Shown here: positions 17,821 through 26,826 of the stretch, piece after piece | How the letters are laid out: each line of letters starts with the position of its first letter | Position numbering within the stretch: position 1 is the stretch's first letter | Source of the DNA: an uncultured delta proteobacterium | GTDB taxonomy: Bacteria; Myxococcota_A; Polyangia; Polyangiales; Houyiibacteriaceae | Assembly: GCA_963699755.1 (NCBI GenBank) | Contig: CAVOVB010000002.1 | Location: 256,001 to 320,000, forward strand | Length of the DNA stretch: 64,000 nucleotides | Direction: 5' to 3' | Position numbers and translations under genes: made by a program | The notes under the pieces: generated by a model | Told to the model about the DNA's origin: nothing | Database searches by the model: none | Seen by the model: only the letters and a program-made list of their open reading frames with translations

Positions 17821-18599
17821 GCGAGCCCCTCGACTTCAGCGGCCGGGCTGTACTGATCACCGGCGGAAGCCGTGGGATCGGCCGAGGTATCGCCGAAGCA
17901 TTCCTCGCGGCTGGAGCCGATGTCGCCGTATGCGGCCGCAAAGAGCCCGACGAGCTGCCGAACGCAGGCGGCAAGCGCGCGATCTTCGTCAGCGCCGACG
18001 TTCGGGATGCGGAGCAGGTCGAGAAGATGGTGAACCAAGTGGTCGGGCTCTTGGGGCGACTCGACGTGCTGGTGAACAATGCCGGTGGCGCCCCCTTTGC
18101 GGAGGCAGCGACTGCCTCTCCACGCTTTTCGGAGAAGATCATTCAGCTGAACCTGACAGCGGCGCTTCATTGTGCGCAGCAGGCAAACCGCGTGATGCAG
18201 GGCCAGGACTCCGGCGGCTCGATCATCAATATCGCCAGCGTGTCCGGGGTGCGCCCTTCCCCCGGCACCGCGGCCTACGGCGCCGCAAAGGCGGGGCTCA
18301 TCAACCTGACTGCCACCCTCGCCATCGAGTGGGCTCCCAAAGTGCGCGTCAATTCCATCGCAGCGGGCTTGATTCGTACCGAGCAAGCCCATCTACATTA
18401 CGGCGACGAAGAAGGCATTGCCCGCGTGGCGGCGACGGTCCCGCTACAGCGCCTCGGCACGCCCGCCGACATCGCGGGAGCGTGCATGTTCTTCGCGTCT
18501 CGACTCTCGTCCTACGTGAGCGGCGCCAACCTAGTTCTGCACGGCGGCGGACAAACCCCTGCGTTCCTCTCTGCCGCTAGTGTCAACCAAGGAGACTGA
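17817..18599 (+). CDS. SDR oxidoreductase, Rv3549c-like
   Basis: ATG 17817 overlaps the previous stop. TGGSRGIG, NNAGGAP, ASPRFSEKI, RPSPGTAAYGAAK and EWAPKVRVN. Confidence 0.85.
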   Translation: MSEPLDFSGRAVLITGGSRGIGRGIAEAFLAAGADVAVCGRKEPDELPNAGGKRAIFVSADVRDAEQVEKMVNQVVGLLGRLDVLVNNAGGAPFAEAATASPRFSEKIIQLNLTAALHCAQQANRVMQGQDSGGSIINIASVSGVRPSPGTAAYGAAKAGLINLTATLAIEWAPKVRVNSIAAGLIRTEQAHLHYGDEEGIARVAATVPLQRLGTPADIAGACMFFASRLSSYVSGANLVLHGGGQTPAFLSAASVNQGD

Positions 18600-18603
18600 G
18601 CGA

Positions 18604-19743
18604 ATGGAGTTTTCGTTCTCGGAAGATCAGCATGAGCTTAGAAGAGCCGCACGCCGGTTCCTGGAAGTCCAGTCATCTGAGGAGCGCGTTCGGAGTGCCA
18701 TGGAAACCGAACGAGGCTACGACCCGGCGACCTGGGAGCAGCTATCCGAAGAGCTCGCATGGACGGCGCTGACCATCCCGGAAGCGTACGGGGGCCTCGG
18801 CATGAGCTACCTCGAGCTGCATCCCCTGATGGAGGAGATGGGTCGCGCGCTGCTCTGCTCGCCGTTCTTCTCGACGATTTGTTTGGGCGCCAACGCCCTT
18901 CTTCTCGCTGGTAGCGAAGGCCAGAAGCAGCGCTACCTCCCCGAGATCGCAGCCGGCACTACGAAGCCAACGCTGGCGTACGCCGAGAAGAACAATCGGA
19001 TGGATGCGCTCGGCGTAGAAGCGACCTACTCGCGGAGCGGATCTGGCTACGCCTTGCGTGGCGAGAAGCGCTACGTCCTCGATGGACACACGGCCGAGCT
19101 CTTGGTCGTCGCGGCACGCTCCGAAGGCAGCACCGGCGCCGAGGGGGTCAGCTTGTTCCTCGTCTCGGGCGACGCGCAGGGCCTCGAGCGCCGCTGGCTC
19201 CCAACGATGGACCAGACTCGACGCCTGGCATCTGTGGTGCTCGCTGACGTGGCCATTTCGGACGACGCCCTGCTCGGCGAAGAAGGCAGGGGTTGGGAGC
19301 TCTGTGAAAGGACACTGGATCTGGCGCGGATCGCTCTCGCGGCAGAGCAAGTGGGCGCTGCAGAAATGTGCCTCGAAATGTCGGTCGAATACGCGAAGGT
19401 GCGTAAGCAGTTCGGCCGGCCGATCGGTTCGTTTCAGTCGATCAAGCACAAGTGCGCCGACATGCTGATGATGGTCGAGTCGGCACGCTCCGCGGCCTTC
19501 TACGCCAGCGCGCTGGCGGCGCAGGGTGACGACGGGCTTAGCGAAGCAGCCTCGAGCGCCAAAGCATATTGCTCGGACACCTTCTTCCACTGTGCTGCCG
19601 AGAACATCCAGATTCACGGAGGCATCGGGTTCACCTGGGAGCATGCGGCCCATCTGTACTTCAAGCGCGCCAAGTCGAGCGAGACGCTTCTTGGCGACCC
19701 GTCCTTTCACCGCGAGCGAGTCGCACGATGCATGGGTTTGTGA
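18604..19743 (+). CDS. Acyl-CoA dehydrogenase, partner subunit (FadE33/IpdE2-like)
   Basis: RKQFGRPIGSFQSIKH and IQIHGGIGFTWEH..HLYFKRA. Translationally coupled (TGATG) to the fadE30-like gene. Confidence 0.75.
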   Translation: MEFSFSEDQHELRRAARRFLEVQSSEERVRSAMETERGYDPATWEQLSEELAWTALTIPEAYGGLGMSYLELHPLMEEMGRALLCSPFFSTICLGANALLLAGSEGQKQRYLPEIAAGTTKPTLAYAEKNNRMDALGVEATYSRSGSGYALRGEKRYVLDGHTAELLVVAARSEGSTGAEGVSLFLVSGDAQGLERRWLPTMDQTRRLASVVLADVAISDDALLGEEGRGWELCERTLDLARIALAAEQVGAAEMCLEMSVEYAKVRKQFGRPIGSFQSIKHKCADMLMMVESARSAAFYASALAAQGDDGLSEAASSAKAYCSDTFFHCAAENIQIHGGIGFTWEHAAHLYFKRAKSSETLLGDPSFHRERVARCMGL

Positions 19744-20918
19744 TGGAGCTACAGCTAAACGAACGAGAGAAGGCGTTTCGCAAAGAGGCTCGCACCTGGT
19801 TGCAGGAGCAGCTCACAGGCCCGTTCAAGAGCCTCCAAGGCCGTGGCGCCTCGGGCGACCAGGACACCTACGTTGAAGAGCGAATTGCTTGGGGCAAGGT
19901 CATGGGCGCCGCTGGTTGGAACTGCATTGGCTGGCCCAAGGAGTTCGGTGGGCGCGGCTGCTCGATCAAGGAGGAAGCGGTTTTCAACGAGGAGTACGTC
20001 CGCGCGAACGGTCCCGGCAACATAGGTCACATAGGCGAGACCCTGCTCGGACCGACCTTGATCCACTTCGGCTCGCCGGAACAGCAGAAGCGCTTCTTGC
20101 CACCGATCGTCTCCTGCGACGAGATCTGGTGTCAGGGGTACTCGGAACCCGGCGCGGGGTCGGATCTCGCCAATGTGCAGACGAAAGCAAGCCTGGTCGG
20201 AGACGAGTGGATCATCGAGGGGCAAAAGATCTGGACCTCGGGTGCGCAGTACTCGGACTGGTGCTTCGTGCTCTGCCGGACGGACGCCGAGGCCCCGAAG
20301 CACCGAGGCATCAGCTATATCTTGGTTCCGATGAAACAGGACGGCGTCGAGGTCCGACCAATCAAGCAAATGGGCGGCAGCTCAGAGTTTGCGGAGGTCT
20401 TCTTCGACGGCGCCAAGGCCGAGAAGGACCACGTCGTTGGCGGCGTGAACAACGGATGGAAAGTTGCCATGGGCACGCTCGCCTTCGAGCGTGGTGCGTC
20501 GACGCTCGGGCAGCAGTACCTCTTTCAGAAGGAATTCGAGCAAGTGGTAGCCGTTGCCAAGCGGACAGGCGCCGCGGAAGATCCGATCTTCCGCCAGCGA
20601 ATCGCAGACGCCTGGATTGGGCTCAAGATCATGCGGGTCAACGCACTCCGAATGCTCGAGCACGAAGGCGCCGACCTAAACCGAGAAGCGCTCATCAGCA
20701 AGCTCTACTGGTCGAACTGGCACCGCGACCTCGGCAAGCTCGCCATGGACCTGCTCGGTCCCGAAGCCGAGCTCCTCGATGGCGCACCCTACCAGCTGAC
20801 TGCGATGCAGAAGTGGTATCTCTTTTCGCGAGCGGACACGATCTACGCGGGCTCGAATCAAATTCAACGAAACATCATTGGCGAGCGAGGACTTGGGCTA
20901 CCAAAGGAGCCGCGATGA
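19743..20918 (+). CDS. fadE30: Acyl-CoA dehydrogenase FadE30/IpdE1-like
   Basis: HIGETLLGPTL, WCQGYSEPGAGSDLANV, LAFERG and LFSRADTIYAGSNQIQRNII. Resembles Rv3560c. Confidence 0.85.
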   Translation: MELQLNEREKAFRKEARTWLQEQLTGPFKSLQGRGASGDQDTYVEERIAWGKVMGAAGWNCIGWPKEFGGRGCSIKEEAVFNEEYVRANGPGNIGHIGETLLGPTLIHFGSPEQQKRFLPPIVSCDEIWCQGYSEPGAGSDLANVQTKASLVGDEWIIEGQKIWTSGAQYSDWCFVLCRTDAEAPKHRGISYILVPMKQDGVEVRPIKQMGGSSEFAEVFFDGAKAEKDHVVGGVNNGWKVAMGTLAFERGASTLGQQYLFQKEFEQVVAVAKRTGAAEDPIFRQRIADAWIGLKIMRVNALRMLEHEGADLNREALISKLYWSNWHRDLGKLAMDLLGPEAELLDGAPYQLTAMQKWYLFSRADTIYAGSNQIQRNIIGERGLGLPKEPR

Positions 20919-21697
20919 GCAACAAACCCACATACGTCGGCGGGCACGGCCTGCTCGAAGGTAAGACCGTCCTCGTCACAGCGGCCGCGGGCACAGGCAT
21001 CGGATTCGCCACTGCGATTCGCTGCGCGGAAGAGGGGGCTTCGGGTCTGATGATTAGCGACATCCACGAGCGACGACTCGGTGAAGCCGCCGACAAGATC
21101 GAAGCCGAAACCAGCGTCCGCCCGGAGACCGTCATCTGCAACGTCACCAATGAGGACGAAGTCCGGGCGATGTTCGAACTGGCCACTGAAAAGATGGGGC
21201 ACGTCGACGTGTTGATGAACAACGCCGGGCTCGGAGGCTACGCCAAGATCGTCGACATGACCGATGAGCAGTGGCACCTGGTGCTCGACGTCACCCTCAA
21301 TGGCTGCTTCCGTTGCACCCGCGCGGCGCTCAAGCACATGATGCCGCGCGGGAGGGGCGCGATCGTGAACAATGCCTCGGTCCTCGGCTGGCGCGCCCAA
21401 GAAGGGCAGTCACACTACGCGGCCGCGAAGGCGGGCGTCATGGCGCTCACCCGATGCGCGGCCATCGAAGCCGCTGACGCCAACGTGCGCGTCAATTGCG
21501 TCTCGCCATCGCTCGCGATGCACCCGTTCCTCGAGAAGGTCACCCCACCCGGCCTGCTCGAAGAGCTCCAAAAGCGGGAGGCATTCGGCCGCGGTGCCGA
21601 GCCCTGGGAGATTTCGAACGTCATGGTCTTCTTGGCGAGCGACTACAGCTCCTACATGACGGGCGAGGTGGTCTCGGTGTCGAGCCAGCGCGCCTGA
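20915..21697 (+). CDS. ipdF: IpdF, 5-oxo-HIP-CoA reductase (SDR)
   Basis: Diagnostic GHGLL.GK.VLVTAAAGTGIG, SDIHERRL, LGWRAQ..QSHYAAAK and YMTGEVVSVSSQRA. Confidence 0.9.
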   Translation: MSNKPTYVGGHGLLEGKTVLVTAAAGTGIGFATAIRCAEEGASGLMISDIHERRLGEAADKIEAETSVRPETVICNVTNEDEVRAMFELATEKMGHVDVLMNNAGLGGYAKIVDMTDEQWHLVLDVTLNGCFRCTRAALKHMMPRGRGAIVNNASVLGWRAQEGQSHYAAAKAGVMALTRCAAIEAADANVRVNCVSPSLAMHPFLEKVTPPGLLEELQKREAFGRGAEPWEISNVMVFLASDYSSYMTGEVVSVSSQRA

Positions 21698-21699
21698 GA

Positions 21700-22677
21700 C
21701 TAGACGCGGCTCTTCCGGACCTGCCAGGCGTCGGAATACCTCAACATGTACCAGCGGATGAGCGGCGCAAACATCCGCACCAGGGGCCGCGTGAAGCGTG
21801 ATGCTTTCCGCATCTGGCCAATGAACTCCTCGAAGCTGGTTCGCTGGTAGGCCAAGAGCGATTGACTCTCCTTGGTGTCGAGCCAATCGCAGTAGTAGAT
21901 GCCGCTGCCATAGGCTTCGACCGGAAAACGCCCTACGCCCGTCGCGTCGAACATCGCACCATAGAGCTCACGAAACGTCAGTCGGCAGCTCTCGCCGCCG
22001 CCGATCATCAAGGTCTTGCCGACCGCCTCCGGGTTTTCGATGGCGCGCACCTGAGCAAGCGCAACGTCCTCGGGATGCACCCATTCGAGACGCGTCTCCG
22101 GGTTGATGCTGAAGAGCAAGCGAAAGACGTCCGGCGAGAGGTCGCCCGCCGCTGCTTTGACCCCTACCGACACGCCGATTCGAAAGATCACGTACGGCAG
22201 GCCCGATTCCCGAAGGAGCCGCTCGCACTCGGCCTTGTTCGAGGTATAGAAGTCGGTCCCGATCGCGGGGTCCTTGCCGGTCAGCGGTGGTCCGCCCGGC
22301 GCACGGGGCCCGCAGACCGACAGGGACGACGCGAAGACGATGACCGGGGGACGTTCCCTACGTTTCATCGCTTCCAGGAGGTTCTGGGTACCCCCCACGT
22401 TGACCGCGTACGCCAGGTCCGGATGGCTCTCCGAGACCGGCGCCAGCACGCCCGCGTTGTGGATGATCGCATCGGCCTCCAGGACTGCCGGCCCGATGTC
22501 CCCGGCCGATCGGATGTCGCCCCAGACGACTCGAATCCTCTCCGCGAACCGCCTTGCTGCCTTCTCGTTTCGGCGATTCGGCACGTCAAAGGCGGTCACC
22601 GAATATCCCTCTTTCAAGAGACGCTCGATGGCCTCTTGTCCAAGCCGACCAAACGCCCCCGTCACCAGCACGCGCAT
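21700..22677 (-). CDS. NAD-dependent epimerase/dehydratase (extended SDR; 3-beta-HSD-like)
   Basis: MRVLVTGAFGRLG, IHNAG, VNVGGT and YTSNK (YxxxK). Start at ATG 22677. Confidence 0.8.
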   Translation of the reverse strand: MRVLVTGAFGRLGQEAIERLLKEGYSVTAFDVPNRRNEKAARRFAERIRVVWGDIRSAGDIGPAVLEADAIIHNAGVLAPVSESHPDLAYAVNVGGTQNLLEAMKRRERPPVIVFASSLSVCGPRAPGGPPLTGKDPAIGTDFYTSNKAECERLLRESGLPYVIFRIGVSVGVKAAAGDLSPDVFRLLFSINPETRLEWVHPEDVALAQVRAIENPEAVGKTLMIGGGESCRLTFRELYGAMFDATGVGRFPVEAYGSGIYYCDWLDTKESQSLLAYQRTSFEEFIGQMRKASRFTRPLVRMFAPLIRWYMLRYSDAWQVRKSRV

Positions 22678-22714
22678 CCGCGCAGGCTGACCTGCAGCCG
22701 TGCGCGCTTCAAAT

Positions 22715-22728
22715 TGAAACACGTTCTT
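22715..22728. promoter_or_regulatory. KstR-type operator variant TGAAACACGTTCTT (site 4)
   Basis: One mismatch (last base) to TnnAACnnGTTnnA. Lies in the 104-bp gap between the divergent extended SDR and the LLM/F420 operon. Confidence 0.6.
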
Positions 22729-22781
22729 CTTCCTGATAGGGTCGCGCTCCCCGAAAGAGCGCGGTACCAAAGGAATTCTAG

Positions 22782-23825
22782 ATGAGGCTCGGCCTAACAC
22801 TTGGATACGCAGGTCCCCAGTTGAACACGACCGTTCAGGACCTGGTGAACATGGAAAAGATCGGCGAGGTCGAGCGCCTGGGCTACGACTCGATTTGGAC
22901 GGCGGAGTCCTGGGGCAACGACGCGGTCACGCCGCTCGCCTGGGTGGGCCCGCAGACTTCGACCATCAAGTTGGGCACGGCGATCATGCAACTGCCTGGT
23001 CGCTCGCCAGCGAACGCGGCGATGACGGCCATGACCATGGACATGCTTTCGAACGGACGCTTCATCATGGGGCTCGGCACTTCGGGTCCACAGGTCGTCG
23101 AAGGCTGGCACGGCGTCCCCTTCAACAAGTCCCTCACCTGGCTGCGCGAATACGTCACCATCGTGAAGAAGATTTTCGCGCGCGAGGCTCCGCTCGAGTT
23201 CGACGGTGTGCACTATCAAATTCCTTATCGTGGCGAAGGTTCTTCGGGCCAGGGCAAACCGCTCAGGAGCATGATCCGAAGTCGAGCTGATATTCCGGTC
23301 TTCACCGGCTCGATGGCGCCCAAGTCTCAGGCGATGTCTGCCGAGATCGCCGATGGCTGCTTGCTCACTTGCATGCACCCCGAGCGTTCGGAAGTCCTGA
23401 TGAAGAACTTCAACGAGGGCTTCGCGAAGGCTGGCAATGGCAAAGGTGTCCAGAGCTTCGACATCGCTCCAACTGTGGTGGTCATCATCGGCGACACGCA
23501 GGATGCAATGACGCCTTGCAAGATGCAGCTCGCGCTCTACATCGGTGGCATGGGCTCGAAGAAAAAGAACTTCTACAAGGACTATCTGAGCCTGGTCGGA
23601 TTCGAAGAAGCCTGCGAGAAGGTCCAAACGCTCTTCCTCGATGGCAAGCGCAATGAAGCGATTGCTGCCGTGCCCGACGAAATGGTCGATGCCCTCTATC
23701 TAATCGGCTCCAAGGACCGCATTCGCGACCGATTTCAGCGTTGGAAGGAGTCGCCGGTCGGAACGATGATGATCGGCTCGCAGGACATGGACACGCTCCG
23801 CTTCATGGCCGAGCTCAACTCGTGA
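22782..23825 (+). CDS. LLM class F420-dependent oxidoreductase, Rv3520c-like
   Basis: WTAESWGNDA, GLGTSGPQVVEGWHG, HYQIPY.G....GKPL and LYIGGMG..NFY. Confidence 0.85.
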   Translation: MRLGLTLGYAGPQLNTTVQDLVNMEKIGEVERLGYDSIWTAESWGNDAVTPLAWVGPQTSTIKLGTAIMQLPGRSPANAAMTAMTMDMLSNGRFIMGLGTSGPQVVEGWHGVPFNKSLTWLREYVTIVKKIFAREAPLEFDGVHYQIPYRGEGSSGQGKPLRSMIRSRADIPVFTGSMAPKSQAMSAEIADGCLLTCMHPERSEVLMKNFNEGFAKAGNGKGVQSFDIAPTVVVIIGDTQDAMTPCKMQLALYIGGMGSKKKNFYKDYLSLVGFEEACEKVQTLFLDGKRNEAIAAVPDEMVDALYLIGSKDRIRDRFQRWKESPVGTMMIGSQDMDTLRFMAELNS

Positions 23826-23832
23826 GGCAGCG

Positions 23833-24489
23833 ATGAAGATCGGAATCGTAGGGGGCACTGGGCGCGAGGGTCGTGGCTTGGCGGTTCGCTGGGCGAAGGC
23901 TGGGCATGACGTGTTCATTGGTTCTCGCCAGGCCGAGAAGGGAGCGGCAAAGGCGGCCGAGCTCTCGGCGGAGTTTGGCGTCAGCATTGAGGGCGCCGAC
24001 AATATCACGGCGTGTGAGCATGCTGAGCTGATCATCGTGACGGTTCCGTACGGCGCCCACGAGGCTACCTTCGATTCGATCAAGGACTCGGTCGGCGACA
24101 AAGTGATCGTCGACATCACGGTACCCCTTCAGCCGCCCAAGGTTCGCTCCGTGAACCTGCCCAAGGGGCAATCGGCAGCCCTAGAAGCACGCGCGTTGCT
24201 CAACGAGGGTGCGCGCCTGGTGGCTGCGCTCCACCACATCAGCTCGGAGCACCTCAGCGACCCAGCTCACAGCTTCGATTGTGACGTCCTGGTCTGTGGC
24301 GACGACAAGGACGCGCGCGCTGCCGTCATTTCGCTCGTCGCCGATTTAGGCCTTCGCGGCATCGATGCCGGCGTCTTGAAGAATGCGATTGCGCTCGAGT
24401 CGCTCACGCCGGTTCTCTTGTACATCAATCGCCGCTACAGGAGCGTCGGCTCCGGCATTCGCATCACGGGCATTCCGGAGACGGAATGA
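23833..24489 (+). CDS. npdG: NADPH-dependent F420 reductase (F420H2:NADP+ oxidoreductase)
   Basis: GGTGREGRGLA.RWA, IGSR, DVLVCGDD and ESLTPVL..INRRY...GIRITG. Confidence 0.9.
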   Translation: MKIGIVGGTGREGRGLAVRWAKAGHDVFIGSRQAEKGAAKAAELSAEFGVSIEGADNITACEHAELIIVTVPYGAHEATFDSIKDSVGDKVIVDITVPLQPPKVRSVNLPKGQSAALEARALLNEGARLVAALHHISSEHLSDPAHSFDCDVLVCGDDKDARAAVISLVADLGLRGIDAGVLKNAIALESLTPVLLYINRRYRSVGSGIRITGIPETE

Positions 24490-25301
24490 GCCATGACGGG
24501 CCAACTTCGGACGACCTTCGCGTCGGCTCGGAGCTTCTGGTTCGCTCGATCGCCGGCATCCCGACGGTCGAGGCCGGCGACGACCTCTACGAGCTGATCG
24601 TGTCCTGCCTAGGCCGGGCTCAGCTGGATCTGGTCGACGGAGACGTGCTCGTGGTCGCGAGCAAGATCGTCTCGCGCGCAGAGGGCTGCTTCGTCGATTT
24701 GGGAAGCATCGTCCCGAGCGACACAGCCAATCAGCTCGCGGTAGAGCTCGAGAAGGACGCACGCCTGGTAGAGCTGATTCTGCGCGAGAGCGTGGGGATT
24801 TCACGCAAGACGAGCGGCGCACTGATCGTCCGGCACCGTCTTGGCTTCATTTCCGCCAACGCCGGAATCGACGCGAGCAATGCGGCTCCGTCCAACGTAC
24901 CCCAAGACAGCGGTCCCTGGGTGCTCACTTTGCCTCATGATCCAGATGCAAGCGCAGCCTCGCTTCGCACCAAGCTCTGCGCACGCTACTCGGCGGAGGT
25001 CGCGGTGCTCGTCACCGATTCCTGGGGACGCCCGTTTCGCCGTGGCACCGTAGGCTTTGCCGTTGGTGTCGCCGGTCTGCCGGCGATCTGGGATCGCCGC
25101 GGTGCCATCGATCGGCACGGACGGGTGCTCGAGGCGACCGAGTCTGCAGTTGCCGATTCAGTCGCCGCAGCAGCGGACCTCGTCGCCGGACAAGCCAACG
25201 AGGGCCGACCGGTTACCCTGGTGCGTGGGCTTCGTTTCAAAGCGTCACGCGATTCGGCAGCGGTCTTGCTTCGCGATCCAGAGAACGATCTCTACGCATG
25301 A
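24486..25301 (+). CDS. cofE: F420-0:gamma-glutamyl ligase (single domain)
   Basis: [34 protein letters not shown] and [11 protein letters not shown]. No C-terminal nitroreductase domain. Confidence 0.92.
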   Translation: MSHDGPTSDDLRVGSELLVRSIAGIPTVEAGDDLYELIVSCLGRAQLDLVDGDVLVVASKIVSRAEGCFVDLGSIVPSDTANQLAVELEKDARLVELILRESVGISRKTSGALIVRHRLGFISANAGIDASNAAPSNVPQDSGPWVLTLPHDPDASAASLRTKLCARYSAEVAVLVTDSWGRPFRRGTVGFAVGVAGLPAIWDRRGAIDRHGRVLEATESAVADSVAAAADLVAGQANEGRPVTLVRGLRFKASRDSAAVLLRDPENDLYA

Positions 25302-26233
25302 CTCCGGGGTCAGAGAACGGCTTCTCGGTCGTTGCACTCGCAGGAGGCGTGGGTGGCGCGAGGCTCATCGACGGACTCAGCTCCGTGCTCCCTCGGGGCT
25401 CGCTCACTGCCGTGGTGAATACCGGTGATGACTTCCGGCATTGGGGGCTCCAGATCAGCCCCGACATCGATACGGTGATGTACACCCTCGCGGGCCTGTC
25501 ACCGGAGGACCGCGGCTGGGGCATCGAGGGCGATAGCTTCGAGGTTCTAGAAGAGGCCAAGCGCCGTGGCCTCGACAATTGGTTCCAGCTGGGTGACCGC
25601 GATCTGCTCACCCACCTGACCAGAACCAGTGCGCTGTCCCGCGGCGATTCCCTGACGCAGGCCACCGCCGAGCTCTGCAAGTCGCTTGGCGTCGAGAGGC
25701 CCATCCTGCCGATGAGCGACGATCCCTGTCCAACGAGCATCTTGACCAGAAGCGGCGAAGAGCTCGCATTCCAACAGTGGCTGGTCAAGGCTCGAGCAGC
25801 GCCCGCGGTACGCGAGATTCGGCACGGTGGCAGCGGCCGAGCCACACGGTCGGTCCTCAATGCGCTCAGCGCTGCGGATCTAGTCGTGATTTGTCCATCG
25901 AATCCGTACGTTTCAATCGACCCCATCCTCGGTTTGGCTGGCGTTTTCGAAGTGATTCAGCGCGCGACGACTGTCGCTGTGAGCCCGATTTTGGGGGCCA
26001 AAGCAGTGAAGGGTCCGCTCGCCTCCATGATTTGGGAGATCGACGGACGCGTCGCATCGGCCGAAGCGGTCGCCATCCACTATGAGGGTCTGCTGGATGG
26101 ATATGCACTGCACCACGGGGACGCCTTCAGCGCCAAGTATCCAATCCTCGAAACGAACATCCTGATTCAAATGAAGGAAGATCGGATACGCTTCGCCAGC
26201 GAGCTGCTCGAGTTCGCTCGGAGCCTGCCATGA
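25298..26233 (+). CDS. cofD: 2-phospho-L-lactate/PEP transferase
   Basis: LAGGVGGA, VNTGDDF, SPDIDTVMYTL, WFQLGDRD, PSNPYVSIDPIL and KGP. Confidence 0.93.
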   Translation: MTPGSENGFSVVALAGGVGGARLIDGLSSVLPRGSLTAVVNTGDDFRHWGLQISPDIDTVMYTLAGLSPEDRGWGIEGDSFEVLEEAKRRGLDNWFQLGDRDLLTHLTRTSALSRGDSLTQATAELCKSLGVERPILPMSDDPCPTSILTRSGEELAFQQWLVKARAAPAVREIRHGGSGRATRSVLNALSAADLVVICPSNPYVSIDPILGLAGVFEVIQRATTVAVSPILGAKAVKGPLASMIWEIDGRVASAEAVAIHYEGLLDGYALHHGDAFSAKYPILETNILIQMKEDRIRFASELLEFARSLP

Positions 26234-26826
26234 GCCGCTGGGCGTTGATTCCAATCAAGGGTTTCGATCGCGGGAAGTCGAGGCTCTCCGAAGTTTTGGC
26301 GCCAAGCGAGCGCGCGCAATTGGCGCGCTCGATGTTCGAACACGTCGTCCAGGTGCTTCGTGAGTCGCCGCACATCGACGCGATTGCAGCCGTGAGCGAT
26401 TCGCCCGAGGCCCGTGAGCACGCCGACGAGATGGGCGTGCTGGCACTCGCGGACGCCGATGGCAGCCGAGGCCTCGCCGACGTCGTCGATCGCGCGCTAC
26501 TGGAGCTCGCGCTGCACGGCGCAACTAGCGTGCTGATCTGCATGAGCGACCTGCCAGACTTGACCGTGCAGGACATCGCAAGCGTGGCACGCGAGCTCGA
26601 GGAGAGCGAGGTTGTGCTCGTGCCCGATCTCGCACAGCGGGGCACCAACGTCATCGCGGTGAGGCCAGCGACCGCGCTTCCGAGCTGCCTCGGACATGAT
26701 GACAGCCTCCAACGTCATCACGTTCGCGCCCGCGGTCTCGGCCTCAGCGTAAGCATCCAGCTCAGCAGCGGCATCGGTTTTGACGTCGACCGCCCGGTCG
26801 ACCTCGATCGATTGCTGGAGCGTTAG
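26230..26826 (+). CDS. cofC: 2-phospho-L-lactate/PEP guanylyltransferase
   Basis: LIPIK....KSRL, DLP, PD...GTN, S...H and DVD.P.DL. Confidence 0.9.
   Translation: MSRWALIPIKGFDRGKSRLSEVLAPSERAQLARSMFEHVVQVLRESPHIDAIAAVSDSPEAREHADEMGVLALADADGSRGLADVVDRALLELALHGATSVLICMSDLPDLTVQDIASVARELEESEVVLVPDLAQRGTNVIAVRPATALPSCLGHDDSLQRHHVRARGLGLSVSIQLSSGIGFDVDRPVDLDRLLER

Noticed and set aside
19889..20914. Apparent N-terminal extension making IpdF 602 aa (likewise the long track versions of menC, menD, menE, menG and the 17511 and 19569 ORFs)
   Set aside because: The extensions overlap upstream genes in another frame and are Arg-rich noise. Internal starts at overlapping stop/start junctions give normal lengths.
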